Shown: positions 63,998 through 64,000 of the stretch, piece after piece
Position numbering within the stretch: position 1 is the first letter of the stretch
Layout of the letters: each line of letters opens with the position of its first letter
Assembly: GCA_965222415.1 (NCBI GenBank)
Contig: CBDCTU010000004.1
Span: 256,702 to 320,701 of the forward strand
Length of the DNA stretch: 64,000 nucleotides
Reading direction: 5' to 3'
From: Dehalococcoidia bacterium
GTDB taxonomy: Bacteria > Chloroflexota > Dehalococcoidia > Lucifugimonadales > UBA2985
Notes under the pieces: generated by a model
What the model was told of the DNA's origin: nothing
What the model saw: only the letters and a program-made list of their open reading frames with translations
Database searches by the model: none
Program-made: the position numbers and the translations under genes

Positions 63998-64000
63998 TCC

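Larger units (their letters stand above)
53723..64000. mobile_element. integrative conjugative element, left end only (continues beyond window)
   Basis: Begins at or near the tRNA-Ala 3' end. Carries a large serine recombinase, RHH protein, HTH regulators, replication-relaxation-like proteins, VirD4-type T4CP, VirB4 and VirB2-like pilin. GC looks richer: hand counts on two 60-nt lines here gave 42 and 46 G+C, versus 31, 40 and 41 on three chromosomal lines. The exact boundary was not determined. Confidence 0.75.

Overview
High-GC bacterial chromosomal segment. The gene content (rny-ymdB, yvcK, plsY, mtaB, lgt, many CaiB-type CoA-transferases, amidases and MBL hydrolases, abundant REP-like hairpins) fits a Chloroflexota-like organism, but that is inference only. 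About 70 protein genes and one tRNA are supportable. Positions 1 to about 53.6 kb are chromosome. They hold a truncated ABC-ATPase + DUF4276-like cassette at the left edge, and a catabolic cluster (lone Mo-hydroxylase large subunit, two GatC-like/amidase pairs, two family-III CoA-transferases, two MBL hydrolases). Housekeeping genes are mtaB, fabF, recJ, lgt, xerC/D-type recombinase, rpiB, ispH, uvrC, sat-cysH-tauE, yggS, yvcK, putP, rny-ymdB and plsY. There are also three PaREP1/HEPN-like small proteins, two of which carry an Rx4H motif and share patches of near-identical nucleotide sequence. A small accessory islet holds an IS5-family element (perfect 15-bp IRs, CTAA duplication, transposase broken by a 17-nt hairpin), an orphan hicB and a gene remnant. 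At least four families of REP-like palindromic repeats fill intergenic gaps. From tRNA-Ala(GGC) at 53647-53722 to the right edge lies one end of a visibly GC-richer integrated conjugative element that runs off the window. It carries a large serine recombinase + RHH protein, a retropepsin-like protease, HTH regulators, two wHTH/replication-relaxation-like proteins, a VirD4-type coupling protein, a VirB4 ATPase and a VirB2-like pilin. All calls were made by eye from the ORF translations and the raw sequence. No searches or computations were run, so family names are recalled resemblances that need HMM or BLAST confirmation.
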